DNA of 64,000 nucleotides. It comes from Candidatus Cloacimonadota bacterium (GTDB taxonomy: Bacteria; Muiribacteriota; UBA6191). Location: contig JAGSHD010000001.1 in NCBI GenBank assembly GCA_023954715.1, positions 236,468 to 300,467 on the forward strand, given 5' to 3'. A program made the position numbers and the translations under genes. The notes below the pieces were generated by a model. That model was not told the DNA's origin. It did no database searches and saw only the letters and a program-made list of their open reading frames with translations. Of this stretch, positions 1-10,559 are shown piece after piece. Within the stretch, counting starts at the first letter, position 1; each line of letters starts with the position of its first letter.

Positions 1-1
1 T

Positions 2-310
2 GCCGAAAACAGTGTGATAATATATATACCCATTTTATTGCTCGTAAGCTCCTTTGTCTTAGGACTTCTTAAAAGTCGAACAGCTAAAAATACCAATGTT
101 TCAGATATTGGCATGCTAGATGATTCTAAATTGAGTATATTCAGCCATTTTATCATTCGTCGAGCGAGTATCCTCATCTTTACTTTATTGATTTGTTACT
201 TTACATACCTACCCGATCTAATATTTAATATTTTACTTCCGATAACCTCTGCTCTATTTTTGTTAGGGATAATCATTGTCGTTGTCTGGGCGAGCTCCGA
301 AGAGCGCTGA
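2..310 (+). CDS. partial (5' end outside window) membrane protein; C-terminal 2-TM module paralogous to the C-terminus of the next gene
   Basis: The frame is open to the window edge. Hydrophobic segments are present. The tail ...LSIFSHFIIRRASILIFTLLICYF...LIFNILLPI... aligns with the tail of 327..1586 (...KSILSHFCIRRLSILLITIFYCSF...LVFNILVPI...). Confidence 0.4.
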   Translation, partial: AENSVIIYIPILLLVSSFVLGLLKSRTAKNTNVSDIGMLDDSKLSIFSHFIIRRASILIFTLLICYFTYLPDLIFNILLPITSALFLLGIIIVVVWASSEER

Positions 311-326
311 TATACCAAGGAACACC

Positions 327-1586
327 ATGTACAAAAAATTTGAAACTACTATTGTTACCATCGTTTTGGAAGAAGTTTATGCTGATGGATTCATTGAAGC
401 CTATGAAAGAGAAGCACTTAAAAAAGTATTAAAAAAGGTTGGTATAAACCGAGATGTTTTTCAAAACATTCATAAAAAAATAGCAATTGAGGCTAAAAAG
501 AAGAGTTTAGAGCCAAAGTTAGATGATCAAGGTGGATTTTTGATGAGAGTCTGTGATCGCTTGACAGAGTCTACCACCTCAGAAATTGCACAGGAGATCA
601 TCTCCCTATTAGCTGAGGAGTTTCAACTCGACATTCCTACCCAAACAGACACTGAGCCAAATAAAAATACAAGTGATATCACTGAACAAAGTAGTTTACC
701 CTCAGAAGATAACTCCAATGATCAATCACCCAAGATAAGTACCTTTGAAACTAGCGAAAGAGAAATAGTGCCCAGCTCTTTTGGTACTCCAGACATTGCT
801 CTGGAATCTCCAAAAATTACTACAAAATCAAGACAAAAATTAACTCAACCCAAAAAGTCCATCGGAGCGAAAAAGAAGAAAAATATTCCTAACGATCAAG
901 GAACTCTAAAGGTTTCTAGTCCAAACTATGGATTAGCTTGCTATTTACTTGGCAACGGATCTTTATCATGGATTTGTGTCTTTTCTTTAATGGCTATACT
1001 AATTAATCTAAATGTCCATGAACTATATACACAACATAGATACCTAAAGAAAACCACCACAAAGGTGGTAGGGACAGTACTTGGCAGTATGTTTGCCAGA
1101 AATGCATTGTTTGACCTTGAAATCGTTGAGGTTCATTATCATTATATAAAAGACGGAAAGAACTTTACAGGCTACTCCTATACACTAGATACCTACAAAA
1201 GAGCTGATAGCAAAGTCACTGTCATGGTAAACATAACAAATCCAAAGCTTTCTCGTTTGAAAGATGGTTCTTATTATGAATACGATGTTATAGTTTTCGT
1301 GCCTATTTTGGCACTTTTCTTTTTTCTCTTTACGGCTGTATACGGTACACTTAAAGCAAAGCATACTCCAGTGTCAGAGCTCAATATGATTGGCCAAGAT
1401 CTAAAAAGTATTTTATCGCATTTTTGCATTCGAAGATTAAGTATCCTTCTAATAACCATTTTTTACTGTTCCTTCTTTTCTGTAGGAGATCTTGTTTTCA
1501 ATATCCTAGTACCTATTTTTAATATGATTTTCATTTTTGCACTTATTGTATTAGCTATCATAGGGTCTTTATATGCTGATAGCTAA
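327..1586 (+). CDS. multidomain membrane protein: TerB/DjlA-like N-terminal helical domain, Ser/Thr/Pro/Lys-rich disordered linker, TM + DUF3592-like domain, C-terminal 2-TM module
   Basis: The ORF is long. An AAGGAA RBS lies 4 nt before the ATG at 327 (the ORF track starts at 276, overlapping the upstream gene). N-terminal motif: EEVYADGFIEAYEREALKKVLKKVGI. The low-complexity segment spans residues ~120-200. The block between TM helices (GTVLGSMFARNALFDLEIVEVHYHYIKDGKNFTGYSY...) resembles DUF3592. Confidence 0.5.
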   Translation: MYKKFETTIVTIVLEEVYADGFIEAYEREALKKVLKKVGINRDVFQNIHKKIAIEAKKKSLEPKLDDQGGFLMRVCDRLTESTTSEIAQEIISLLAEEFQLDIPTQTDTEPNKNTSDITEQSSLPSEDNSNDQSPKISTFETSEREIVPSSFGTPDIALESPKITTKSRQKLTQPKKSIGAKKKKNIPNDQGTLKVSSPNYGLACYLLGNGSLSWICVFSLMAILINLNVHELYTQHRYLKKTTTKVVGTVLGSMFARNALFDLEIVEVHYHYIKDGKNFTGYSYTLDTYKRADSKVTVMVNITNPKLSRLKDGSYYEYDVIVFVPILALFFFLFTAVYGTLKAKHTPVSELNMIGQDLKSILSHFCIRRLSILLITIFYCSFFSVGDLVFNILVPIFNMIFIFALIVLAIIGSLYADS

Positions 1587-1699
1587 TCATTAAATGAAAT
1601 CTAAAATTTCAAGTAAATCAACCTGAACAATTTCTAAATTTATTATTAAGACAAGGTAATACTACGCCTCTTGAGATACTTACAAGCATTGTCAGCACT

Positions 1700-2218
1700 C
1701 TACCTTATAATTTGCTCTTTATATTTAAATTCACCTAAATAATGATGGCTCAAATAATGCTGAACCAAGTAGTTTAAGGATGGTGGCATGGCAGGGCAAG
1801 AGTACTTAAAACTATCTCCATGTTTTTCAAATTTAAGATAATAGTGAAAAATTCGATACAAGCCTTCTTTAAAGTCCGACTTGGTAAATGTAAAACTACC
1901 TAAATAAGAGATGTCTTTACGCCTCCAAGCGTTCATGGGAGCATCAAAGCACTCTTGGGATATGGGCTCAAAATCAATAACTTCTTGAGCTATTGATTTT
2001 CCATAATGTATATAGGCCTCATCAAGCCAACGAAACACTACCGGTAAAAATGCTTCATAGGCTTTTATATCATTACGAGCCATAACCAGAGCATATTGAT
2101 AATGCTGTTCTGATTTATACATCACCGTCTTTTGTTTGTACTTTTGAAACTCTTCATCAAAAGAATAATAGCCAAATATTTTTTTTTCTAAACGATTTAA
2201 ATTGACTATTTTAGACAT
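1700..2218 (-). CDS. hypothetical protein (172 aa), downstream of and co-oriented with pta
   Basis: Clean ORF with a 35-nt spacing after pta. No recognisable motif. Confidence 0.45.
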   Translation of the reverse strand: MSKIVNLNRLEKKIFGYYSFDEEFQKYKQKTVMYKSEQHYQYALVMARNDIKAYEAFLPVVFRWLDEAYIHYGKSIAQEVIDFEPISQECFDAPMNAWRRKDISYLGSFTFTKSDFKEGLYRIFHYYLKFEKHGDSFKYSCPAMPPSLNYLVQHYLSHHYLGEFKYKEQIIR

Positions 2219-2253
2219 ACTTACCTTTGTGATAACAATCAGGAACTATAAAA

Positions 2254-3237
2254 TTAAGCTTGAATCGAAGTTAAAATAGCTACATTTACCACATCTTCAA
2301 ATGAGCATCCACGAGACAAATCGTTCATCGGTTTATTTAAACCTTGAATAATCGGGCCATAAGCCTCTGCTTTTGCCAATCTTTGAACTAATTTATATCC
2401 AATGTTACCAGCATCAAGTGTAGGAAATACCAAAACATTAGCACTACCTGCTACTTTAGAGTCTGGGGCCTTTTTAGATCCAACAGAAGGAACAATAGCC
2501 GCATCCAATTGCAACTCTGCATCTACTTGATAGGAGTTAGTATTTTTGCTTTGCAAAATTTTATAAGCATCGGTTACTTTATCAACATCAGGATGCTTAG
2601 CGGAACCCTTAGTTGAAAAACTCAACATGGCTACCTTAGGAGCTTGGCCTACTAGTTTTTCATAATTTTGAGCTGTAGCCAAAGCGATATCAGATAATTG
2701 ATTTGCATCAGGGTTAGGAATCACCCCACAATCCGCAAAAAATAATACTCCTTCTTCACCAAAAGATTTATCTGGTACTATCATAATAAAAAATGAAGAA
2801 ACAGTTTTGTTACCAGGTGTAGGCTTTATTATTTGAATTCCAGCTCTTAAAACATCTGCTGTAGGTGAAACCGCTCCTGATACTAATCCATCGACTTTTC
2901 CGACCTTAAGCAATAAAGATGCGAAATTGATAGGAGTCTTTAATTGTCGTTTTGCTTCAATCCAAGAAATGCCTTTCTTTTTTCTAAGGTCATAATAGAC
3001 CTCCACTAAATCTTTGGTAAGATTTTCGTCTTCTGGATCAAAAAAATGCGCTTTAGACACATCAAAACCTTTTGAACATAAATCAGCTTTTTTTCCAACC
3101 AATGAAACCTCACAAATATTATTAGCTAAGAGATATTCAGCAGCTTTTAAAATCCTTTCATCTTGAGATTCGGGTAGAATAATATTTTTAGTATTTGATT
3201 TAGCTTTATTCATTAAATTGACCATAAAAGGGTTCAT
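2254..3237 (-). CDS. pta: phosphate acetyltransferase (phosphotransacetylase)
   Basis: 327 aa with Pta/PTA_PTB-family character throughout, e.g. N-terminal KNIILPESQDERILKAAEYL and ...SRGCSFEDVVNVAILTSIQA at the C-terminus. Confidence 0.85.
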   Translation of the reverse strand: MNPFMVNLMNKAKSNTKNIILPESQDERILKAAEYLLANNICEVSLVGKKADLCSKGFDVSKAHFFDPEDENLTKDLVEVYYDLRKKKGISWIEAKRQLKTPINFASLLLKVGKVDGLVSGAVSPTADVLRAGIQIIKPTPGNKTVSSFFIMIVPDKSFGEEGVLFFADCGVIPNPDANQLSDIALATAQNYEKLVGQAPKVAMLSFSTKGSAKHPDVDKVTDAYKILQSKNTNSYQVDAELQLDAAIVPSVGSKKAPDSKVAGSANVLVFPTLDAGNIGYKLVQRLAKAEAYGPIIQGLNKPMNDLSRGCSFEDVVNVAILTSIQA

Positions 3238-3572
3238 AATTTGTCCTTAAAGTTTGTGGATAAAAGAGAGTCAATACATTTTCAATTTACATCTGTGATA
3301 TAAAGCACGACTCAAAAGTTTCAATTCATTTCTATGATTTCTATTGTAAATTAGTATATACTATAAATAAAAATCTACAGTGAATTACTTTCATAAATAT
3401 ACTACATTATTTTCAACGCGTATTTTACCTTGAACAAGTTAAAAATAAAACACAAAATCACAAAGTATTTATGCTAAATGTTTAAAAGCATTTATGATCG
3501 ATAAGTTTCCAATAGATGTGATCAAACTGTTTTGAAATAAATCTCTTGAATCTGTAGATAAAGGATCTATAA

Positions 3573-4907
3573 ATGACTAAAGTTTTAGTAATAGACGATG
3601 AAAAAATAATGGCTGGATCCATTAAAAATTTACTCATAAACAGAGGATATAGTGCAGAGTGCTTTTTCAATCCTATAACTGCACTCAATGTTTTGCAAAA
3701 AGAGCATTTTGATATTGTTTTAACTGACTTTAAGATGCCTAATATTGATGGCCTTGAAATGATCGAACGAATCAAAGACATCCGTCCCGAATCCAAAATT
3801 ATTTTAATGACTGCCTATTCCAGTATATCCAACGCAGTTGAAGCCATGAAAAAGGGAGCGGACGAGTATATCGCTAAACCTTTTGAAATCGAAGACCTTG
3901 AGCAAAAGCTACAAATTTTAGGGGGAGCTCTCCAAAAAAAGAAAAAATCAAAACAAGTTCAAGTTGAGTTACTTGGTAATTCTGCACCCATGCTTCATCT
4001 TAAATCTAAAATTAAAAAAATCGCTCAAAGTGATGCTACTGTTTTAATTACAGGTGAAAGTGGAACAGGTAAAGAGCTAGTAGCTCAACAAATCCATAAT
4101 TCTAGCAGGAGGGCTGAACAAGCCTTTATTCCAATCAACATGGCGGCTATTCCTTTAAACTTGATTGAGTCCGAGTTTTTCGGATATAAAAAGGGTAGTT
4201 TTACTGGAGCTGAAAAAGACTATCAAGGAAAGTTTTTAGCATCTAATGAAGGTAGTTTATTTATGGATGAGGTGGGCGAAATACCACTTGATTTGCAGGC
4301 TAAACTACTTAGAGTTTTGCAAGAGTCTAGCTTTCAAGCAGTAGGGAGCTCTGAAACTGTAAAAATAAACTCACGATTTATTGCTGCTACCAATCAAGAT
4401 CTATATAAACTTACTCAAGAAAACAAATTTCGTGAAGACTTATATTACCGACTCAACATTATAGAGCTAAAGCTACCTCCTTTAAGAGATCGACTTGAGG
4501 ATATTAAGCAGCTTGTAACCCATTTTGCAGTCAAACACGGGACCCAAGAGATTAAAATTCCACAAGAGTTTTTAGATTTATTACGCGCATATCATTGGCC
4601 CGGAAATGTTCGAGAACTCGAAAACATTATTCATCGATGTATCGTTCTTGTTGAAGGAAACACACTAGATATTCATGATTTACCTAAGCATATTTCTGGG
4701 TTGACTCCAAAGCAAGAAACTCCTTTAACTGACATTAGTTTTCAACAGATTAAAGAAGGGCTTAGTTTAATCGATCTTGAGAAGAAAATAATTCTTAAAG
4801 CGCTAGAAGAGTCACAAGGTAATAAGACAAATGCAGCTAAGTTACTAAAAATCACACGACGAAAATTATACTCTCGAATGGAAAAACATGGCATTGACTT
4901 ATCTTGA
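3573..4907 (+). CDS. sigma-54-dependent response regulator (NtrC family: receiver + AAA+ sigma54-interaction + HTH)
   Basis: Receiver domain with phospho-acceptor Asp (LTDFKMP). Walker [15 protein letters not shown]-like motif (GSFTGA). ESEFFGY motif. C-terminal Fis-type HTH ([20 protein letters not shown]). Confidence 0.85.
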   Translation: MTKVLVIDDEKIMAGSIKNLLINRGYSAECFFNPITALNVLQKEHFDIVLTDFKMPNIDGLEMIERIKDIRPESKIILMTAYSSISNAVEAMKKGADEYIAKPFEIEDLEQKLQILGGALQKKKKSKQVQVELLGNSAPMLHLKSKIKKIAQSDATVLITGESGTGKELVAQQIHNSSRRAEQAFIPINMAAIPLNLIESEFFGYKKGSFTGAEKDYQGKFLASNEGSLFMDEVGEIPLDLQAKLLRVLQESSFQAVGSSETVKINSRFIAATNQDLYKLTQENKFREDLYYRLNIIELKLPPLRDRLEDIKQLVTHFAVKHGTQEIKIPQEFLDLLRAYHWPGNVRELENIIHRCIVLVEGNTLDIHDLPKHISGLTPKQETPLTDISFQQIKEGLSLIDLEKKIILKALEESQGNKTNAAKLLKITRRKLYSRMEKHGIDLS

Positions 4908-5340
4908 TAGCTCACAAAAAAATCCTTATCCTACCGTTGATATTATTATCTACGATCAGGATCAACATCAAATTGTTTTGATTGAAAGGCTAAATGAACC
5001 CTTCGGTTGGGCTCTGCCTGGAGGATTTGTAGATGTAGGAGAAAGCCTTGAACAGGCTTGTGTTCGTGAAGCCAAAGAAGAGACCAATTTAGACTGTTCA
5101 CTTCTGTGCCAACTCTATACTTATTCTGATCCTACTCGTGATAATCGATGCCATACAATATCCACAGTATTTATAGCAACGGGAGTTGGAGAATTAAAAG
5201 CATTAGATGATGCTAAAAGTGCACAATGGTTCTCACTTAGTGATTTACCTTCTCTCGTATTTGACCATAAAAAAATTGTTAATGACTTCAAAACTAACTA
5301 TATTCATGGGACTAAATCCCTTTTTCTTTGCAAGGATTAA
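4888..5340 (+). CDS. NUDIX hydrolase
   Basis: Nudix box [26 protein letters not shown]. Overlaps the upstream gene end by 20 nt, which suggests an operon. Confidence 0.7.
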   Translation: MALTYLDSSQKNPYPTVDIIIYDQDQHQIVLIERLNEPFGWALPGGFVDVGESLEQACVREAKEETNLDCSLLCQLYTYSDPTRDNRCHTISTVFIATGVGELKALDDAKSAQWFSLSDLPSLVFDHKKIVNDFKTNYIHGTKSLFLCKD

Positions 5341-5343
5341 AAA

Positions 5344-6561
5344 ATGACTCAAACTTTTATTAATGCTCATCTTGTACCTGTTACATCTCCTGAAATCAAA
5401 AATGGCTTTATCACAATTAAAGATGATAAAATTGTAGCACTTGGGACCATGAAAGATTATAAAATCAATGGACAAGAATTTGATGTAAAAGGGGACTATT
5501 TGTTCCCTGGATTTATCGACTCACATTGTCACTTAGCCATGTCCGAGCATGGCGGAGGTGGCAGTCATGGTAATGAAATGAGTTCTCCCTGTACTGCCCA
5601 AGTCAATGCATTAGATTCAATTGTACCAGATGAAGAATATATGTACCGTGCTCATCAACGAGCAGGAATTACAACAGCATTAGTTACACCTGGTTCAGCC
5701 AATGTTTTTGGAGGAACTTCTACGGCAATTAAGTGCATACCAACTGTCGATGTAAATGAAATCGTTTTAAAAAATCCTGTACATTTAAAAATGGCATTTG
5801 GTGAGAATCCTGTTCGAGTCCATGGTGGAAAAGGGATGCCTGCCTCAAAAATGGGAGTTATTGAATATGCTCGCCAAAAATATGAACAAGCAAAACTTTA
5901 TGCTTACAAAAAAGAAAAACATTTTAATGACAACTCTAAAGACCCAAAAGAGTTTGAAATCAAACGTGATTTAGAAGTACTATGCAAAGCCTTAAATCGA
6001 GAGATCACTGTCGAACTACATGCACATAATTATGAAGATATGATAGCTGGAATTCGTTTAAAGAAAGAGTATAATTTAAGACTTCATATAGTTCATGGTT
6101 CAGAAGCATTTAAGATAATCGATCAATTAAAAGCAGATGACATGGCAATCACATTTTCACCCCAACTTAGTGTTGCTAGTAAAAAAGAAAACCGAACTAA
6201 AAATCTTCGAGGACCTAAATTAATGGCTGATGCTGGACTTTTATTTGCAATTTCAACGGATCACCCTGTATATCCTATAGACTTGTTGCCATTTGATGCT
6301 GCTCTTTCCATGAAAGCTGGTCTTAGTCTACAAGATGCAATTCAGTCAATTACTATCAATGCAGCTAAGATTATATGCTTAGAGGATAGAATAGGCAGCC
6401 TAGAGGCCGGGAAAGATGCTGATCTTGTTGTTTGGCATAAACATCCAATTCTAGAAACCCAAGCTACAGTTAAAAGAGTGATTATAAACGGAAAGACCAT
6501 ATTTGATGGAAAATATTCTCCAAATCAATTAGACTATTTATGGGACTCTTTTGAAAAATAG
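5344..6561 (+). CDS. metal-dependent amidohydrolase family protein
   Basis: N-terminal metal-binding signature GFIDSHCHLAM. C-terminal DADLVVW motif typical of the amidohydrolase superfamily. 405 aa. Confidence 0.7.
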   Translation: MTQTFINAHLVPVTSPEIKNGFITIKDDKIVALGTMKDYKINGQEFDVKGDYLFPGFIDSHCHLAMSEHGGGGSHGNEMSSPCTAQVNALDSIVPDEEYMYRAHQRAGITTALVTPGSANVFGGTSTAIKCIPTVDVNEIVLKNPVHLKMAFGENPVRVHGGKGMPASKMGVIEYARQKYEQAKLYAYKKEKHFNDNSKDPKEFEIKRDLEVLCKALNREITVELHAHNYEDMIAGIRLKKEYNLRLHIVHGSEAFKIIDQLKADDMAITFSPQLSVASKKENRTKNLRGPKLMADAGLLFAISTDHPVYPIDLLPFDAALSMKAGLSLQDAIQSITINAAKIICLEDRIGSLEAGKDADLVVWHKHPILETQATVKRVIINGKTIFDGKYSPNQLDYLWDSFEK

Positions 6562-6600
6562 AATGCAACTTATTTATTTAAACTACAATACGAAGGCACT

Positions 6601-6969
6601 ATGAAAAAGCTATTAATTATCGATGATGAAGAAGACTTTGTATTCATGCTACAAGAATTATTTGAAATGAGCGGATTTGAAGTTGTTCCTGCAAATGATG
6701 GAGAAGAGGCTATAAATATCCTCGCATCTAATGATAAAATTGATATGGTCCTAACAGATTTGTTTATGCCTGTACGAAACGGGATTGATGTTATAAAAGA
6801 AGTAAATGCTCATTATAGCCATCTACCTGTATTTGTTATTACTGCAGTCTCTTCGCAAAAAGAGGATGTAGAACAAATGGTTGGGGAGTTTGCTGTGGTT
6901 AAAAACATCTTTTTAAAGCCTGCTAAAATTAAGGATTTACTTGCTGAGGTCAAAGCCATATTTGCTTAA
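6601..6969 (+). CDS. stand-alone response-regulator receiver (CheY-like)
   Basis: 122 aa. LLIIDDEEDF...DMVLTDLFMP...KPAKI is a REC-domain pattern. It is the last gene of the + strand run beginning at 3573. Confidence 0.7.
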   Translation: MKKLLIIDDEEDFVFMLQELFEMSGFEVVPANDGEEAINILASNDKIDMVLTDLFMPVRNGIDVIKEVNAHYSHLPVFVITAVSSQKEDVEQMVGEFAVVKNIFLKPAKIKDLLAEVKAIFA

Positions 6970-7304
6970 CTCAAATCATACTGTAACTTCTAAAAATACA
7001 AATTTCTCATACTAAAGAGGGTTGATTTTTTATACTCCATTTATTAATTTGTGATAGGTTAATACCAATATCAATTGAAGACATAACTCTTAAAGATCTA
7101 TCGACTTCGCTCAATATTACCAACTTGTATACTATAACCATTATTGTAGCATTATTCCGATTTATGCGGAGGCATCTAAAAACAACTTATAAATATACTT
7201 TTAATTAAGATTACTATAAGAAATATTTTGACGTTCCATGTACAAATTGGGACAAACCTTTATATAATATACCTTAACAAAGTTAACATAATATATGGAG
7301 ACCC

Positions 7305-7937
7305 ATGAAGTACAATTATTATGCTGCTGTAGCTGCTTTTTTGATCACATTTAGTTATTTCATCTTAGCTATGCAATTTGATAATCAAGTCTCAAAAATT
7401 GATATACACAACAATCATAGCAAAAAAAAGATTAACTCATCTAAGACTCAGCCAATCAATTTACTTCAAATGAACCATAGCCTTTTACAACATATAGCTT
7501 TTACACAAATTAACATTACAACCAACAGCCCTAAGTTTAATTTACTTAGTAGTGGACCAAAACCATCGTTACTTATATCCAGCAAAGATAATCTAGATGA
7601 AATTGATCAACAAGTATCAAGCATTGAATCCACCTTGTTTACTACTATCAATCAATATGAGCTTCAACTTTCAAAGGTACATTTATCAGAAATTCAAAAC
7701 TATATCTTTCAAATGAATAGTAGCTTAACTGCTTTATATATCATTCAAAAAGATTTGTCTAGCACCTCGGATTTAGATGACTACAAAAGTGTTTTAATAA
7801 GGTTGGATCAAGCGATCCAATCATTCCAAAAGTACAACTTTCCTAACGACTTCATGATTTTGCTAGAGTCTTTTAATTTCAAACCTCAACTTGAGTCTTT
7901 GAGCAGTTTAGTTTTTAGCCTGAAAAATTCAAATTGA
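7305..7937 (+). CDS. hypothetical protein with N-terminal TM/signal anchor
   Basis: 210-aa ORF with a hydrophobic N-terminus (AAVAAFLITFSYFILA). No recognisable domain. Confidence 0.4.
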   Translation: MKYNYYAAVAAFLITFSYFILAMQFDNQVSKIDIHNNHSKKKINSSKTQPINLLQMNHSLLQHIAFTQINITTNSPKFNLLSSGPKPSLLISSKDNLDEIDQQVSSIESTLFTTINQYELQLSKVHLSEIQNYIFQMNSSLTALYIIQKDLSSTSDLDDYKSVLIRLDQAIQSFQKYNFPNDFMILLESFNFKPQLESLSSLVFSLKNSN

Positions 7938-8851
7938 TATGCGATCAGCCCAAATTCACTTAGAAATCTTTGAAACCCTCATCAATAAAGGCTCTTCAGA
8001 AAATATCGATTTTAAGCCGTTTTTAAGGGTTTTTGATGGTATAAGTCTAAAACATTAAAAAACATCAAATTTAAAATAGGGTGTTTTGTAAACTTTTTAT
8101 CACATTGTCTGAATAAGTAACTTAACTAACTTTTGTCATTGAAAACAAAGCCTACCTGAATCACCAATCCAAGGTTTCGATCATGATTAAATCTTTAAAA
8201 TGATATTGTGAGTTTGGAGATAAGTATAGTTTGTGTTAGTTTTTTAATATACAATCTATCAAGTTTACTCGATACAAAAGTAGACACTGAAATATATTAA
8301 GTAATCACATCGAAATCTCAAAAATAATATTCAGAAACAAAAAGCTAACCTTTATCAACATCATCGAATCCAGCAAATCATTTGAAGTGATTCAAAAACA
8401 TAAATTTCTATAAAAACTCTAGTGAATAATTTATCTTACAAAACCAATGCTAACCAATAGGGTTTTAAACTTATTGTACAGAACTATATCTTTGTAAAGC
8501 ACTATAACTAGGTATATAACAGCAAAGAGTTAATATCATAAAGTTAACATAAGATACATTATGCACAGTTTATTTGTAAGTCCAACATGTTAATGTCCTC
8601 TTTCTCCAATTTAGAAATGTCCTATTGTAAATAAATTATACTAGTTTTCCATAAGTTTGGAGGACCGAAAACATGCAGGATATTATAGCTATGAGTAAAA
8701 AGGAATTGCATCGAGTGGAGATGATTCAGAGGATAATTCCAGACTCACTTCTAAAATATGATTTACTCACCATGGTTACTTATAACTTTATTCGCTATCA
8801 TTTAACACAAAATCAACTGTTTGAAATTAAAAGATATTTTTGGAGTATAAT

Positions 8852-9391
8852 ATGACCATTGAAGCTGTTATTCAATTTTGGTTCGAAGACCTATCACCTA
8901 AAAATCGTTTTATGAAAAGTAACGATTTAGATGAAACTATCAGAAGAAGGTTTCATCAACTCTATATACAGGCTACATTAAATGAATTATATACTTGGAG
9001 ATCCACGGCGACTGGATGTTTGGCTGAAATTATTATTCTAGATCAATTCGCTAGAAATATGTTTCGAGATAGTCCCAAGGCCTTTCAATTTGATTCATTG
9101 GCATTGGCCTTAGCTCAAAATTCCGTCTCACTAGGCTTAGATCAACAACTTAGTCTAGAAAAACGTACATTTCTATATATGCCATATATGCATAGCGAAT
9201 CTTTAATCATACATGAACAAGCTATGAATTTATTCTCTCAAAAAGGATTAGAGATGAATTTTGAATATGAAAAAAGACATAAGGACATTATAGAACAATT
9301 TGGTCGCTATCCTCATCGAAACAAGGCGCTTAATAGAGAATCCACCACTGAAGAGATTGTTTATTTGTCAAAACCTGGTTCTAGCTTTTAA
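8852..9391 (+). CDS. DUF924-family protein
   Basis: The ATG at 8852 is preceded by GGAG (the ORF track gives an alternative TTG at 8840). IILDQFARNMFRD...LYMPYMHSE resembles the DUF924 (YbaA-like) family. Confidence 0.55.
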   Translation: MTIEAVIQFWFEDLSPKNRFMKSNDLDETIRRRFHQLYIQATLNELYTWRSTATGCLAEIIILDQFARNMFRDSPKAFQFDSLALALAQNSVSLGLDQQLSLEKRTFLYMPYMHSESLIIHEQAMNLFSQKGLEMNFEYEKRHKDIIEQFGRYPHRNKALNRESTTEEIVYLSKPGSSF

Positions 9392-9404
9392 CATTGGATT
9401 ATAA

Positions 9405-9959
9405 ATGATATTACTTATACACGGGCCTCCAGCATCCGGAAAAAGCACTCTAGCATCTCAACTCAGTAAGTCACTCAAGTTACCACACATCAGTAGAGAC
9501 AACTTGTGCGAGTGGATGAATGATTTTTTAAATAACCCTGATTCAAAAACTGCACAAGAACTCACCCACATAGGATATGATTTAATGTTCAAACTTCTTG
9601 GGGAACTATCTAAAGGATTAGGTAGTTTTATAATCGAAGGTTGTATAAATCCAGACTCTTCTAGCGAACGGATTTTAAAATTAATCAAAGATAGCCCGCA
9701 AGATCTAGTCGAAATTTTTGTATCAGCAGATCAAGATACATTAATTAATCGCTATCTAAATCGTAGTAAGTCAATAAAGAGACACAATGCCCATGGAGCC
9801 GAAAGTAAAAGAGGAGAAGAGTTAAGACAGCACTTAAATCAATGTATTTACCGCCCGTTAGAGATCAGTCCATATTCCATTAAAATTGACAATAGTATCG
9901 ACCCTTCTTCTACAATTGAAATTGCTCTAAATTTTTTAAAGCAAAATAAGTTAACATAA
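9405..9959 (+). CDS. P-loop kinase / AAA-domain protein (AAA_33-like small-molecule or nucleotide kinase)
   Basis: N-terminal Walker A ILLIHGPPASGKSTLAS. 184 aa. Confidence 0.5.
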   Translation: MILLIHGPPASGKSTLASQLSKSLKLPHISRDNLCEWMNDFLNNPDSKTAQELTHIGYDLMFKLLGELSKGLGSFIIEGCINPDSSSERILKLIKDSPQDLVEIFVSADQDTLINRYLNRSKSIKRHNAHGAESKRGEELRQHLNQCIYRPLEISPYSIKIDNSIDPSSTIEIALNFLKQNKLT

Positions 9960-9965
9960 TATGCT

Positions 9966-10559
9966 CTAAAAATCCCAATCTATAGATCCACCGATATTAA
10001 AGTTTCTAAAACCATGGGCTTTAGGATTAATAAAGGAGTGATTCATAGGGTCCTTTGTTGGCAAAGATATATGCTCTGCAAAGGTATATTCAAGCTCTAC
10101 GACTAATGGTGTTTTTTTGTTTCTTAGCTTTTGAATAAAACGAACATTATCTAATAATTTATATTTAGTGTTCAATGATAAATATGGTAACAAATCAGAA
10201 TCTACTTTATAACCTAAGGTTTTATAATATGTTTTAAAATTATTATTTAAGTGAGTTGAATTTAAACCAAATCCAATTCCTATACTTTGACGAGGATTAA
10301 TTTTACGATCGACACCTACATCTAATGTAAAAGAAGCTATCTTAAAATTATCAAAAGGATTGATTAAAGCAATTGGGCTAACTCCAAGGCCAAAGTAATA
10401 TTGTAGACTTTTTCTCCTCTTATTTTTTAGTAAGAAACGATTCCCAAAACTACTATTATACCCCTCTCCTGAAATACTCTGAATGTTGATCCATTCAAAT
10501 TTAGCTTTGGAGTGAGTTAATGAAATTAAGTTTAATAATAAGAGTAGTTTAATAATCAT
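9966..10559 (-). CDS. small outer-membrane beta-barrel protein
   Basis: Signal peptide MIIKLLLLLNLISLTHS from the ATG at complement(10557..10559). Alternating amphipathic strands. C-terminal ...GGSIDWDF ending in Phe is an OMP beta-signal. Confidence 0.5.
   Translation of the reverse strand: MIIKLLLLLNLISLTHSKAKFEWINIQSISGEGYNSSFGNRFLLKNKRRKSLQYYFGLGVSPIALINPFDNFKIASFTLDVGVDRKINPRQSIGIGFGLNSTHLNNNFKTYYKTLGYKVDSDLLPYLSLNTKYKLLDNVRFIQKLRNKKTPLVVELEYTFAEHISLPTKDPMNHSFINPKAHGFRNFNIGGSIDWDF

Noticed and set aside
3482-3796. Antisense or embedded small ORFs from the track (3482..3796, 1274..1459, 5245..5475, 9458..9688, 14148..14330, 15489..15746, 19195..19386, 22600..22815, 22949..23230, 24281..24469, 25416..25673, 27305..27550, 28124..28321, 32846..33043, 38027..38251, 38488..38733, 42506..42721, 43847..44077, 47625..47831, 47971..48201, 50136..50492, 50273..50476, 52707..52958, 52792..53007, 57184..57396, 59507..59698, 62735..62926).
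   Set aside because: Each lies within or opposite a longer, well-supported gene. Each lacks domain signatures and has low-complexity or hydrophobic junk translations typical of AT-rich antisense frames.
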